A stretch of 63,075 bases of DNA, filler included, from Rhabdomonas costata (taxonomy: Eukaryota), in NCBI GenBank assembly GCA_019059605.1. It is 50 parts of 50 records of this genome, joined end to end, with 100 filler letters (N's around TTAATTAATTAA, not from the genome) between each part and the next. Parts side by side here need not be neighbours in the genome. Positions count along the whole stretch, not along the records: positions 10,113 to 11,276 come from JAHMHO010025496.1; positions 11,377 to 12,541 come from JAHMHO010025497.1; positions 12,642 to 13,805 come from JAHMHO010025498.1; positions 13,906 to 15,069 come from JAHMHO010025499.1; positions 15,170 to 16,333 come from JAHMHO010025500.1; positions 16,434 to 17,597 come from JAHMHO010025501.1; positions 17,698 to 18,861 come from JAHMHO010025502.1; positions 18,962 to 20,125 come from JAHMHO010025503.1; 42 more parts are not named here. One strand, written 5' to 3'. The notes under the pieces are model-generated. The model saw only the letters and a list, made by a program, of their open reading frames with translations, did not search any database and was not told the DNA's origin. A program made the position numbers and the translations under genes. How positions within the stretch are numbered: the stretch's first letter is position 1; the number at the start of each line of letters is the position of its first letter. Below, in pieces: positions 11,118 to 23,251 of this stretch.

Positions 11118-12641
11118 TGTGGGACAGGCGAGGAGGAGGGAGGGGTGAGAAGGAAACAATGGGGAAAACACAATCACGAGAGACTCAGCGAGTACATTCA
11201 CATCTTATTTTCGGAAAATAAGCCTCCTAAACGGGCGGATACGCACCTCTCATCTCATTCTTGCGAACCACAAAAANNNNNNNNNNNNNNNNNNNNNNNN
11301 NNNNNNNNNNNNNNNNNNNNTTAATTAATTAANNNNNNNNNNNNNNNNNNNNNNNNNNNNNNNNNNNNNNNNNNNNGGGTTGTGTTTCGCCTTTAATTGT
11401 GTTTTTGCAGATGAGGTGCAGCAGAACCACAGGCGAGAGCCGCGGAGACCCGAGGCACCAGCAGAGGGAGAGGGGTGGAAAAGGGTGTGGCGTTAGTGCG
11501 GTGAACACAGGACAGGGTGAGTGCGTGTGGTTGCGTGCCCCTTCCACAGCCTTCTTTTTGGGTGGGAGATTGGGGAAAGGCATAAGCGGCGAGACCCGCC
11601 CAGCGAGACCCCTCCACAAGCCCAGGGCCAGCTCGAATGGGATCCAGAGGCACGACCACCCAAAGAGGTAGGAGCCACGTAAGAGTTAGTTGGAGTGTGA
11701 CAGGAGGTAGGACTGGCGGTCCCACGGTGAGAATAAAGAGTGGGAGGGCGAATGTCAGAACTTCCATCCCGCTGGCGCGCTACGGTGGCGAGACCTACGC
11801 GACCTACGCGAGGGAGAGGTTAAGTAGACCCCAACAACCAGGAGTTTCCAGCGGCCAAGGCAAGGAGCGCGGTTGAGTGGCAAGCGATGCCTGCGCCAAA
11901 ACAGATTCAGGAACGAAAACGAACTTGGGCAGGATGTAACGGCTCAGGACGCGTAGGAGAGTCACTGGGTGGAAAAAGGAGAAAAAGGAAAAAGGAGAAC
12001 ATGTTGGTGTTGTCGTCAGAATTTTCGATGGAGTGGAGAGAGTGGTCGAGAGATTGAAGAGGAAGTGTTGGCCAGCTATATATTGAAGTTCAGTGCTTCA
12101 GTTGAGAAGAGAGGAGGGCACAAGCAGAGATAAATTATGTTGGTGAGATGAGGCTTCATAAAAACCCAAGAGCGACACAGCAGTGGAGCATTTGGATAAA
12201 GCCAGTGGAGGAAGTCACGGAAGATATATGGGAGCAGTCGAATGGGAAGAAAGTTGAGGAAGGAAGGGGAAACAAGAGCAAGAACATTCCGACATTCCGA
12301 ACATCCCAGCAACAACCCGACCATTTGACACCTGCCTTGAAGAAAAGCGAAGCGAGAGATGGAAAGGGTAGAGAAGGCCGAACCTGATAGAGAGAAGGGC
12401 AAGACCCCCGAGCAAAGCAGTGAGAGAAATGATGGGGAAGGAAAGTGGAAAAGGCGAAAAAGCAGGAAGGAACGGCAAGCGAAAGGCACAGGAGAAAAGA
12501 GAGCAGTCAACAGGCAGAGTGGAGAAGAGATAACACCCACCNNNNNNNNNNNNNNNNNNNNNNNNNNNNNNNNNNNNNNNNNNNNTTAATTAATTAANNN
12601 NNNNNNNNNNNNNNNNNNNNNNNNNNNNNNNNNNNNNNNNN

Positions 12642-13693
12642 GGTTGGGGAAGGGATGCACCACAGGGTGCTCTGCTCCGGCACCAGCAGCCCAGCGCGCG
12701 ACCATATCTGAGCCGAGGCGGTCAGGGTGACTCCCCCCATCGCAGCCTGCACCACGCATGTGCCAAACGAAGTCTGCGTGGGAACCAGCACCAGTAGGCC
12801 CCCGCTTGTGGAGTTGACTTTCGTAAAAAGTGCAACGGCGGGGTCCTTGCCCTGGGGCACCGTGATGACGATCTGGGAGGAGGGCAGGAGATTGCCAAAG
12901 CGGTCCTGGAAGAGGGCATTGCAGTACAGGGTGGAGTTCGGGGGAACAGGGTCTGGGGAGCAGCGGAGGGAGCTCAGGGTAGAGTCTGGAGGACCTGGGG
13001 AGACGGTGGCCCAGCAGCCCAGCGTGCTCGAGCCTCCCCGGGGGACGAAGAAGATGGGCAGCTGCCCAGCCCTATTGTTTTTTGTAGCAGGGGTGGGTCA
13101 GGGTTAGGTCAGCGAGTAGATTGCAAACCAAAGAAAACCAAACAACTGTACAACGGCAGGTCACCAATAACACCGACAACATAGTTAAAGTGCAAAGCTC
13201 GTTTTCTGTGGTGCCGATACACTGCAAGAAGAGTTTGCTGAAAGTGACCCGATGCCCAAATGTCCAGTGACAGCCTACCACACGCTCTAGCCCCCAAGAC
13301 ACGGCAGCCATAAATCACTCGGCAGACAGCTTGTCCACAAGGGGAGGGGAGGCAGCATAAGAAAAGAATTGTGCCGCAAAAACCACAGACATACTCAAAA
13401 ACTTTGAGGCCGAACCGGGCTACGCCATTGACCACCGAAGTGACTGGCATAAGGGTAATGGTTTGGCCGTCGTAGATCGTGGTGAGGTTGAAGTCATCCA
13501 GGGTGGCATTGACGGCGGGGTCCCCAAACACGTCCGTGAGAACAACGGTGCAGTTGAAGAAGACGCCAGCCACACCGGGGTCGCACGTGACCTGAAACCC
13601 ATTCGGATTGAACTGACCACCTGTAGTCACTTTGGTCTCCGCGGTGGGGGTGGTGAACGTCTCCGTGGCTGAGGGTAAACCAAAGAACGTCCG
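12642..13693 (-). CDS. Extracellular-type protein with filamin/Ig-like beta-sandwich repeats; exons 13693-13395 and 13071-<12642
   Basis: In-frame phase-2 GT-AG splice. Recurrent module G..(D/N)P..S.L.C.P....C.....D.FG(D/N) (FQVTCDPG..FNCTVVLTDVFGD; SSLRCSPDP..LYCNALFQDRFGN; STLWCIPSP). Thr/Val-rich with several N-x-S/T sequons. Confidence 0.6.
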
Positions 13694-14300
13694 CTGCCGA
13701 CGAACCAAGGCCAACCAACAATTCAAGAAAAGCAAACAATGAATGTGCAATGCGGTCTTAAAACCCAGACGAACGAAACAGAGTTTTGTAGAAACAAAAC
13801 CCACANNNNNNNNNNNNNNNNNNNNNNNNNNNNNNNNNNNNNNNNNNNNTTAATTAATTAANNNNNNNNNNNNNNNNNNNNNNNNNNNNNNNNNNNNNNN
13901 NNNNNGTTGTGGGGTTTCATGTCTCTTTTTAGTGACGACTTCCTTAACTTCAGGACCTTCTTCTTGAAAGGCATAACTGGGTTGCTTAAATTGCGTCTCG
14001 CGATTTTTTCTCGAGCTCAGGAGAATGGTGGTCAATTTCGTCAATATCCGCACTCCTGAAGTAACTAAGCGAAACCGGGACCCCATCCCACTCAGCGTTT
14101 ATTTTTGCGAAAAATGTCCCCCCCAACTCCCTAGGTAACCAACGCCACGCAACACGACCAACAATCGCTTCAGAAACGGCTGCTGGGGGGACCTGCGTGC
14201 CTTTGGATTAGTCGAAGTTGCGCACTCGTTCTGCGTTACGGTCTATGCGGTATGCGGTATGGTCTGTGTGCGCTCAGTTTTGTTCTCAAAGAGCAAAGCA

Positions 14301-15041
14301 ATGGCTGCGTGTGGATCGCTGGTGGCTGGCCTTGGCGTCCTTTTGGTTGCGGTAATGCTTATGCTTCCTCAGGGGAGCTGGGGCACGGTGCGGGTCTCAG
14401 GTCCTTGGGGGGATCGGTTGTGGTTCTTCCTGGATGGTTGTTCGTGTGTTCTGGTCAGGCCTGAGGGCAAAAGCCGGCCATCTTTGTTGCCCAATGTGCT
14501 GGGGTCGTGGTTTCGGGTAGTCACCCTTGAACAAATGACGCCTTTGTCGCGCGTAACTTGTCGGGGGTCCTTTCCGCACAGCTGCCCCGTTCCCTCCGGA
14601 GCCCATTGACATCACCAACAAGACCTCCCTCACGTTCCCCGCGCATTGCCCCAAAAAGGCGTCCTGCCTTTTCTATGCGGTGCTGCAGGACACCAAGGTT
14701 TTCCGCCAGTCCGACAACTACTTCATTTTCCTGTCGCTCTCCCCCGGGAAGGTGAAGGCCATGATCATCCACAACAACGTGTCTGCCCAGGCGGACATGG
14801 TCAGCCATGGCTCCAGGTTTACCGTGAGCTGGGAGCAGACCGCCGTGGGAAACCGCGGGGTGACGCTTGGCACAGGTGGCAAAGAAAGTCTTCTTTTGAC
14901 GGACATGGCGGAGATGCCCTTCAACTACGCATTCTTCTGGTCGTCGGAGAACGTGCCCCACACTGAGGAGGCCGAGAGGAGTCTCAAGACCGCGTCGATC
15001 TTGGAAGCGGAGGGGAATCGCAAGAGCACTGGAAGCCCCTG
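14301..15041 (+). CDS. 5' part of a secreted or membrane protein with a signal peptide; exon structure only partly resolved
   Basis: ATG at 14301 opens MAACGSLVAGLGVLLVAVMLMLPQGSWGT followed by a GTGCGG donor; a downstream GC-rich open frame reads DTKVFRQSDNYFIFLSLSPG...FNYAFFWSSE. Confidence 0.45.
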
Positions 15042-18000
15042 AGTTTGTATGCGCCCGTTCACACACACANNNNNNNNNNNNNNNNNNNNNNNNNNNNNNN
15101 NNNNNNNNNNNNNTTAATTAATTAANNNNNNNNNNNNNNNNNNNNNNNNNNNNNNNNNNNNNNNNNNNNGTGGTTGGGTAACTGTGACTGGCGAAGTGGT
15201 TGGGATGAGCTCGGCTTCGGAGCATGGCAGTGGATATTCTTTGGCTTATTCTTCTATCTCCATCTCCTTGGCATCGTATTTGCACTCATCAGCTTCTTCT
15301 TCAACTTCAAAGGTAGGAAACTAACTGCGAAGAGGCTGAGGTCGTAGAAAACCCTGGATGTACTAGAAATGGTGTCGGTGCTCCGAATTCACCACTGCCT
15401 GGCTTGAGAGTACCATTGATCCTTCAGTCTCCGATGGAATGGCAGTAGATGCGGAAGGCGGTCCCAGATGAGTTAGAATTTATTTAAGGCTCCCCAAAAG
15501 CACTGCGGAGTTTTCGGTTCAGCATTCGAATCCTCAAACCAATGTAAACACCGAAAGAAAGAATGCAACAATCAATAAATTGCATTGAAATGCTGGGTGT
15601 TATGTAAATAGTCGAGATTTATGTCAAAACTCCAAGCTTGTGACAGATTTATCGACGCATTTACTCAAAATTTGCTATCACCAACTTTCTACACAGAAGT
15701 ACAACTGCAAAAGTGCCACGTCCCATTATCATCACCAAACCAATTGTCTCCCTGAAGTTCAAGCTGAATTTTTCAAGTCGTATTGCACTGAAGTTTCAAA
15801 ATACCTTCCATGCAAGTGAACTCATCACACATTTGTTGACAATGGTAAATCTGCGAGTCAAACCATCGGACTTCCAGACGGACTGTGGATGGTAATTCAC
15901 GATTCGTGCTGTATCCGCTATTCCAATGAGTAATAGTTGGAATTTTTCAAAAAAAAAACTCAGATAACCGACCTGAATCATCCACAGTCATTTCGAGATG
16001 CTTCTTGTACAATGATGCATCAACATCATCAAATTCACGACCAAGCGGTCACACCAAGCCATAACAGCGCAAGAACAGCATCTTCTCCGTAGCAATACTC
16101 CAAACATGGCCAAGTCATCTCACCAAGAACTTTCATATGTTCAATAGCGTTTCGGATAATCACGCCACAGAAGCCGTCAAATACCCGAGCTACGCGGTCC
16201 TTGTAGACCTCATTACCACCGTATCAGCAACACTGACTGAGATGAGTCCTATTAATTTGAGATACAACTTCCACATCGAGAAATTACAGCAAGCTCTGTG
16301 TTGGAGCCTTCCGTGCAACACTCCCCCACCCACNNNNNNNNNNNNNNNNNNNNNNNNNNNNNNNNNNNNNNNNNNNNTTAATTAATTAANNNNNNNNNNN
16401 NNNNNNNNNNNNNNNNNNNNNNNNNNNNNNNNNGTGGGGGGCGGTACACTTGTCGGTGCTAAATTTTCATAGCGATCACTACCCCTTTGTACCCAACCGT
16501 ACCTAGGGCCTCTGAACTCTATCAATGCCTGGTTTCTGTCTGTAGCAGTGTCGTACACCATTTCACGTTAAACGTTTTTCAAATTAATGGGGCATTTTGA
16601 CGGCAAAACAGCCCACCAAAAGGGGGTCTAAATGCCCATACATAAACGGGTGAAATAGGCGTAAAAAGCTCTGTTTTCAGCACTCAAAAAAAGTAGCGTT
16701 GGGTTGCGGAGGTCGGTTTTTTCACCCGGAAGACCCCATTTTGGAGCCCACTGGGGACCTTCAAGAACCTCAAAATGCTCAAATTAAAGCTCTTGGGGGA
16801 CTCAAAGTCTACTTCTTTTTATAACCGGAAAGCACAGTTTTTCTGGTTTTTTGAGAACAAGCTCACTTCGGAAAGGTATTTTGTCGTTTCCTTCGGAAAC
16901 CTCAGTTTTTCCAACAGGGCACAAAGCATCCCAGCAACAAAGCCGAGGGTCAGACACGGCGTTCCAAGACCAGCGCACATTTCGGTCACACAAGGCGTCG
17001 GAAGGAGGGAGGGGTGATGCGAAAGATATAAAGTGACCTGAGAGAGGGCGGTGAAACTTCAGTGTTTCTAACAGGGCACAAAGCATCCCAGCAACAAGGC
17101 CGAGGGGAAACCGGAGGAAGCCACCGAAACCGCGTGATGGGATGGGAGTAGCGGGTGAGAAAGAGTGTGTTGCTCCGAGAGAGCGATTCCCCCACGCAGT
17201 GCAGCAGTTTTCAGTCCAAAAACACGACTTTTAGCCGGTTTTTTTTTGAGAAAAACCGCGCTAAGTCGACGGAAGGGGCCTTCCGGGGCCAAAATTTTCG
17301 CTTATGTAAATTTTCGCCTACCGGACCACCCTGGAAGTACTCAAGTTTCACCGCCTTCTCTCAAAAAAACTTTATAACTTTCGCATCACCCCTTCTATTT
17401 TCCCTCCTTGCAATGTCTGAACCCCCACCTGCTTGGGTGCAGCAGCTCTTCGGGCCGCTCATGGCCTCTGTTCAACGCTTGCAAGAGCAGCAGCAACACC
17501 TGCAGGAGCGCTTCGAAGCCCTCACCCTTGGGACTCCCACCCACGCTTCCCGAGGCTCCCACTGCCGAAGCCTTGCAGCTCGTCGTCCACCCACACANNN
17601 NNNNNNNNNNNNNNNNNNNNNNNNNNNNNNNNNNNNNNNNNTTAATTAATTAANNNNNNNNNNNNNNNNNNNNNNNNNNNNNNNNNNNNNNNNNNNNTTT
17701 TGTGTTTCGAGGTAATTACTTCGCCCCTTTACAACCTGAGAATGTGTAACTCTCGAGCAGTCGCACGACCTGTTCCGCTTCCATTGGTTTCCACTGTCTG
17801 GGCGATTGATTTGGCTGTTCAGGACTCGGGTTGTTCCACAACGCAGCAGCTTGTGGGGCGAGATAGCCGGGTGTACGTCTCGACGGCGGCGCCTGGCTCT
17901 CTGGGATACATCCCCAGCTCCGCTAGCACCGCGGCAGTTGAGAACCCCTCTCAACCGGACGTATGCCACATCGATGCACACGTACAGCAAAAACTGTATT

Positions 18001-19205
18001 TGCAGCTCAACTTGGCCGAGGCCAGCAGAAGTGGGCCTTTGCGTGGTGTGGGCATGTCGCAGATTACCGCGTGTGGATCTTCTGGTGGGTAGTTTTTCCC
18101 GCGTTTTTTTTCAGGCCTGACTGTCATTGAATTCGTCGTTCGCCGTCGCCGCTTGAGCTCGAGCTTGTTTGGGAGCTTTCCGAGACCTTTTTCTAAACTC
18201 TTACAGCAGTAGCGCCACTCCGCTCTTCAGTCCCTGGGGCGTTTACGTTAACGTTCTGTGGGTAAATAGGACAACAAGACAGCCAATAGGGTGAGGTGAG
18301 GTCCGAAGAAAAGGAAGGACCACGAACCACCCATTAAAGGACAAGCTCTGGCTCAAACACACACACACACACATGTATACATACATACAATGCTGGGACC
18401 TAAGGACAAGGAAATCGTGATTGGAGGTGTGGGAGTAAGGGATGGCCTCCATTTGAATTCCATGTGAAGCCCATGTTATATGCGAGTGCACCCAAATTCA
18501 TTTCGCGCTTCTCAGGAGTTTTTGGTTGTCTTCCCGCAGACCATTCCGCGGATTCCCGGGCTTCAGGAGGGCCTGCTGAATTCCCCCGCGGCTCGCCACG
18601 CCGCTCTCGACGAAAGTGAGGACCATGGGCTGGACCCCAAGCAGCCTGTCCTCCTCATTGAGGGTCCCGCTGGGGTCGGGGTCTCCGCTTCCGAAAAAAC
18701 GCCCACGGCTGCCCAGCAAACTGGTGTAGAGGGTACCCTCTCCAGCTCCACCACTGCGCTTCCCTCTTTGGCCCAGCCATCGGGGGCAGAGGGACTCTCC
18801 AGACCGGCCTCCGCTGCGGCGGTGGACAAGGGCGGCGGGCTGCTGACCCTTCCCCAAAACANNNNNNNNNNNNNNNNNNNNNNNNNNNNNNNNNNNNNNN
18901 NNNNNTTAATTAATTAANNNNNNNNNNNNNNNNNNNNNNNNNNNNNNNNNNNNNNNNNNNNTGTGGGGGGGAAAATCAGTTAGGTTTTGGGGAATTCCGT
19001 TCAAGTTGAAGACCACTTGGACTCAGGGCATTGCCGAAGAACACAGAGCATAGGAACTGCGTTGGAAAGGGCAAATGCCCGACTAAGCGACGGAGAATAT
19101 ATATCCCTCCAAGCCTCGAGCAATCAAGTTCCGCTTCATAAGCAATCGGGATTAGGAAAAGGACATGTGGGTGAGGCATGGGAAGGGAAGGCATGAGAAA
19201 GAAAC

Positions 19206-19998
19206 CCTGTGAATGTACAACAGGGCGAACAGCAGCTGGTACATCAAACATGTAATCTGCTGCTCCCCGAAAATGTACGTGGACTTGAACACGTCCCGGA
19301 GGTCTAAGAAAAGCAATGCGCAGATCCAATACCGGCCCATTTTAACGGTGGCGGAAAACGGAACACATCACAATCCTCAGAACGGAAATGTGATACGTTA
19401 GCAAGTAACTGCAGAAGCTGCTCAACGTTAAACTCTCAAACCAGGGTAAACCAGGCTGGAAATGTATATATGAAAGATATGTACGTGATATATGTATACA
19501 TCACGTCCTTCCCGGGAAGCGTGGAGCCCTTTCAGATGAGCCATTTCATTTTGATCCAGGAATAATAACACAATAATACATAATCCAATGCCCACTCCAA
19601 CACCCACAAACCATAGTCCAGCCTCTCCGTGATGGCCACCAGGGTGCACTGCTGTGGAAGGCACACGAAGTCCAGCAGGCCGACGACGTTGGGGTGGTTC
19701 CGGAAGTGTGCCATCATCGCGATCTCCCTCAGCGAACGGCGAGCCACCCCAAGCCGCTGCACCACAGAAGACGCGAAAGGGATGGGAGAAAAAAGACGAG
19801 GCAAACCGCGACTAGAAAGCTGATCAAAAAACCCCTCGGGAATGAACGCACAGGATCCAAAGCGGTGAAAGCACCCTGGTGCTCCAGAAGGAAAAAGTTG
19901 GCCTCCTACAACCGGCCAGGCCTACCATAAACACATACACAACGGCGCTGACATGCCTTGAAGACCATCTGATCGAAGTCCTTTATCATGACATGACC
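19206..19998 (-). CDS. MAP kinase-like (CMGC) protein kinase, subdomains II-VIa; exons 19998-19957, 19756-19612, 19303-19206
   Basis: Spliced translation GHVMIKDFDQMVFK|RLGVARRSLREIAMMAHFRNHPNVVGLLDF...TERLDY|DLRDVFKSTYIFGEQQITCLMYQLLFALLYIHR follows the MAPK pattern A.R.LRE..L.HF..H.N...L.D and YQ.L..L.YIH. Confidence 0.88.
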
Positions 19999-22900
19999 CT
20001 GAAAAAGACAAGCACAGGGGTAAACAGTAAACAAAAGAAAAGCCCAGGTGTGTAAAATGCATCATCATTTCAGGCGCTTTCAGGCGAAAGAAAAATTCCC
20101 AAACCTGTGTGTATTAATCAGTTCTNNNNNNNNNNNNNNNNNNNNNNNNNNNNNNNNNNNNNNNNNNNNTTAATTAATTAANNNNNNNNNNNNNNNNNNN
20201 NNNNNNNNNNNNNNNNNNNNNNNNNTGTGTTTGTTGGTGGTAACACAACTGCTCTAATTTCTTGAGGTGCTCGATGGTCCGCTACTTCATCTGCGCACTG
20301 GGTCCGTCTCTGCAGGGGGGCGTTCCGGGCGCTCCTCCCTCGGGTGTACGAACGGGCACCACTGGACCTTCCAGGCCGTCCGGTGCCAGCACCGCACTTC
20401 TCAGGCAACACGTCCTTGTCTTCCAGCTTCTGCCCGCTGCGGCTTTCTCCCCTCACCCTCGCCTCGAAGGGTCCTCTTCCTGCCCTTGGCCTCTCCCACT
20501 CTAAGTCTCGGCCTCGGCCTCACCTCCTTGACCTTGTTGCACTCTCTGGTGGCGCTTCCTTCGGCTGCCGACTTTGATTTTTCGCGCGTGCTATCCCCAT
20601 TTTTCGGTTTTCAGCCTATCCTCCTTCATCCACGGAGGACCTGGAGCTGGATTTCGTTGCCTCTTCTTTCTGGTCATCGCTGACCTTTCTGGAGAGACCC
20701 TGGTGTATTGGATGTGCAGGTGTGTTTGCGCGCGCGTACACATGGCTTCTCCGTGCAGCGAAAAAGATATTCCGGCCATTGAGATGGTCCTCTCCACCCT
20801 TGGCTCCCCACAAAAAGTGCGCGCCCGCCTTCCGGGATGACGACCGACCGGTACGCTGAGTGGCACCACGTGATGCCCTGCCCGTGTCGCGCTGACCCCC
20901 CGACTTCCCCACCTGAGCCACACTCCCTGATCTCCGGATTGACAGCCAAAATCCGGCTGTATCGCTCGGCTGGCACGCCCCGCTTACCGCCTTACCGGCG
21001 GATAGCCTACCACGTTTGTAAAATGCAGCGGCTATCCGTTGAAGCCGTGACGTCGGTCGCTGGCACTGCTGCACTGCGGCAAGGGGCTGCCCTGGGGGAG
21101 CTGCCGAGGACGCTTCCATGCAGTGCGATGAGTTGCGCTGTCGGGTGCACGAAATTCCGCGAGTACAGTGAGCTTTGTGGGTGCGTGTATGTGTGAGGCG
21201 CCCTGCCCATTGTGCCGTTGGCATGAGTTTGCAGTCTCTTCATTAAGGTTGTATTGCACAACTGAAACTGAGACCGAATCTTTGTATTTCTGCTGCAGGT
21301 TGTCGGCCTCTGTTGAGGTTGCTCTGCTTTTCTGCTTTTTCGTAAACACTTCCCACATGCATCCCCAAAAACCCAACCACACCCAACACNNNNNNNNNNN
21401 NNNNNNNNNNNNNNNNNNNNNNNNNNNNNNNNNTTAATTAATTAANNNNNNNNNNNNNNNNNNNNNNNNNNNNNNNNNNNNNNNNNNNNGGGTTTTTGTG
21501 GACGTTGCGGTGATGGATGGTGGGGTGGTTGTTGCGTGCGAGGGTCAGGGTGTGGGTCTTGCGTGTGGGTGTCGGGGTTCGTGACGTTGACGGTGGGGAG
21601 GGTGAGGTGTCCGTGGTGAGAGGGTGAGGGTCTGTGTCGGATGTGAGGGTCGTGGATGGAGAGGGAGGGTGCGTTGGAGTTGACGTGGAAGGTCTGCAGT
21701 AGGGTTGGAGTGGAAGAATTGGAGGGTGCGTGCTGATGGTGGGGTGCAGGGTGAGGGACGGTGAGTTTGCGTGGTTGGACTTCGAGAGACCGCAACTTTT
21801 CCAGTGGGGGCCGATGTTGCAAGCGAAACGAACACTCTCAGTTCACGGGATTTGAACCACTACGCCATTATGCGCAGTTTTATTTTGAGCCAGGATGTGT
21901 AAGGCAGAGGGCACAGAACCCACGCGCGTCTTTGAAAGGAGTCAAGCCATGAAACACAAGAAGCTTGCATCGGTCATTTTTCGGTGAAGGCGAGGGCTTC
22001 CCGAAGACCCGAAGCGCAAAGCTCGGGCCCGCGAGTGGTATAGATGGGTGGGGGTGTCACAGCAGTACAGAGAGTAGAAAGAGATATTCTACTGTGCACA
22101 CGATAACCGGGAGCCGAAATACCAAATAGCAAAGGAGCAGGCACGCAAACCAGGCTTTTTAGTCCAAAGCACACAGAACACAGGACACATATCGGGGTCA
22201 TGCTAAAACCAGCGGCTCGTCGTTAGGAGAGAAACCTCGCCGAAAAAGGATGGATGTCTCACCAAAGAAAGGTGGGCAGTGAGGTGAGGATTGTGCTCTC
22301 CTTCCTTCCCTCAAAGCCGTCGCTCAGTTCCAATGGTGCCAATCTTGGACATCGCATCTCACAGACATACAGAAACTGAAAAAAATCTCATGGACCAACC
22401 GCAGTAGCCGAGCACGGAGGAGGCAAGAAGGAGCGAAAGTAAAGCGAGGAAAGCTGCAACAGGAGAGGCCCCAGCATATTCCGTTTTGTCCCCAGAGACG
22501 ACCAACACAATGACACGGTGCTCGAAAGCCGTGCACCCCCCCCCCCTAAGGCACCGCGTCAAAACCGGCAAAACGACGAAGAAAAAAAGGAACACGCACA
22601 CAAAAACAAACGAGTACAATTAAAAGCCACATTAAAGGCCAGGCCAAAACACANNNNNNNNNNNNNNNNNNNNNNNNNNNNNNNNNNNNNNNNNNNNTTA
22701 ATTAATTAANNNNNNNNNNNNNNNNNNNNNNNNNNNNNNNNNNNNNNNNNNNNTGTTTGTTTTCAAACTGCTCTCTAATGTTCTCAGAGTAGAGAGCAGT
22801 TTGAAAACAAATACAATGCTAGCCGCAGCTTGGTGGCGTGTCGGGGGGCGGGTACTCGCCCATTCAAACCGGTTGGATGTGTCAGCGTGCCCGCGCACAT

Positions 22901-23090
22901 CTGCACTGCAAATGATGAATCACCCACACCGAAAAAGTCTTTCCCCAAAAGCAGCCTTCATGGAGCACTGGGGGTGGGACATCCGCAAGTTGGCTTCTGC
23001 AGGGCCCTTTTTGGAAAGGCTTCGATAAGACACACTTGCCATTAAAAATTCATCCCCAGTGCTGTCTTGCTTATGAGGGCGCACCTGCGC

Positions 23091-23251
23091 ATGCGCGAGG
23101 TCAGCAGGAAGTAGTATTTTTCTCGAAGTACCATCTTGCGGTGCAAGAAGTGGGAGACTTTGGGGAGGTTGGGTTTCCGGAAGACCAAGCTGACCGGCTT
23201 GGCCTCCTGGTACTCAAATTTCAGTTCCTCCAACAAGTTCTCCAAGGTCAT
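23091..23251 (-). CDS. Internal exon of an unidentified protein
   Basis: ctgcag acceptor, open frame MTLENLLEELKFEYQEAKPVSLVFRKPNLPKVSHFLHRKMVLREKYYFLLTSRM, donor nearby. The 3' boundary is approximate. Confidence 0.45.
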
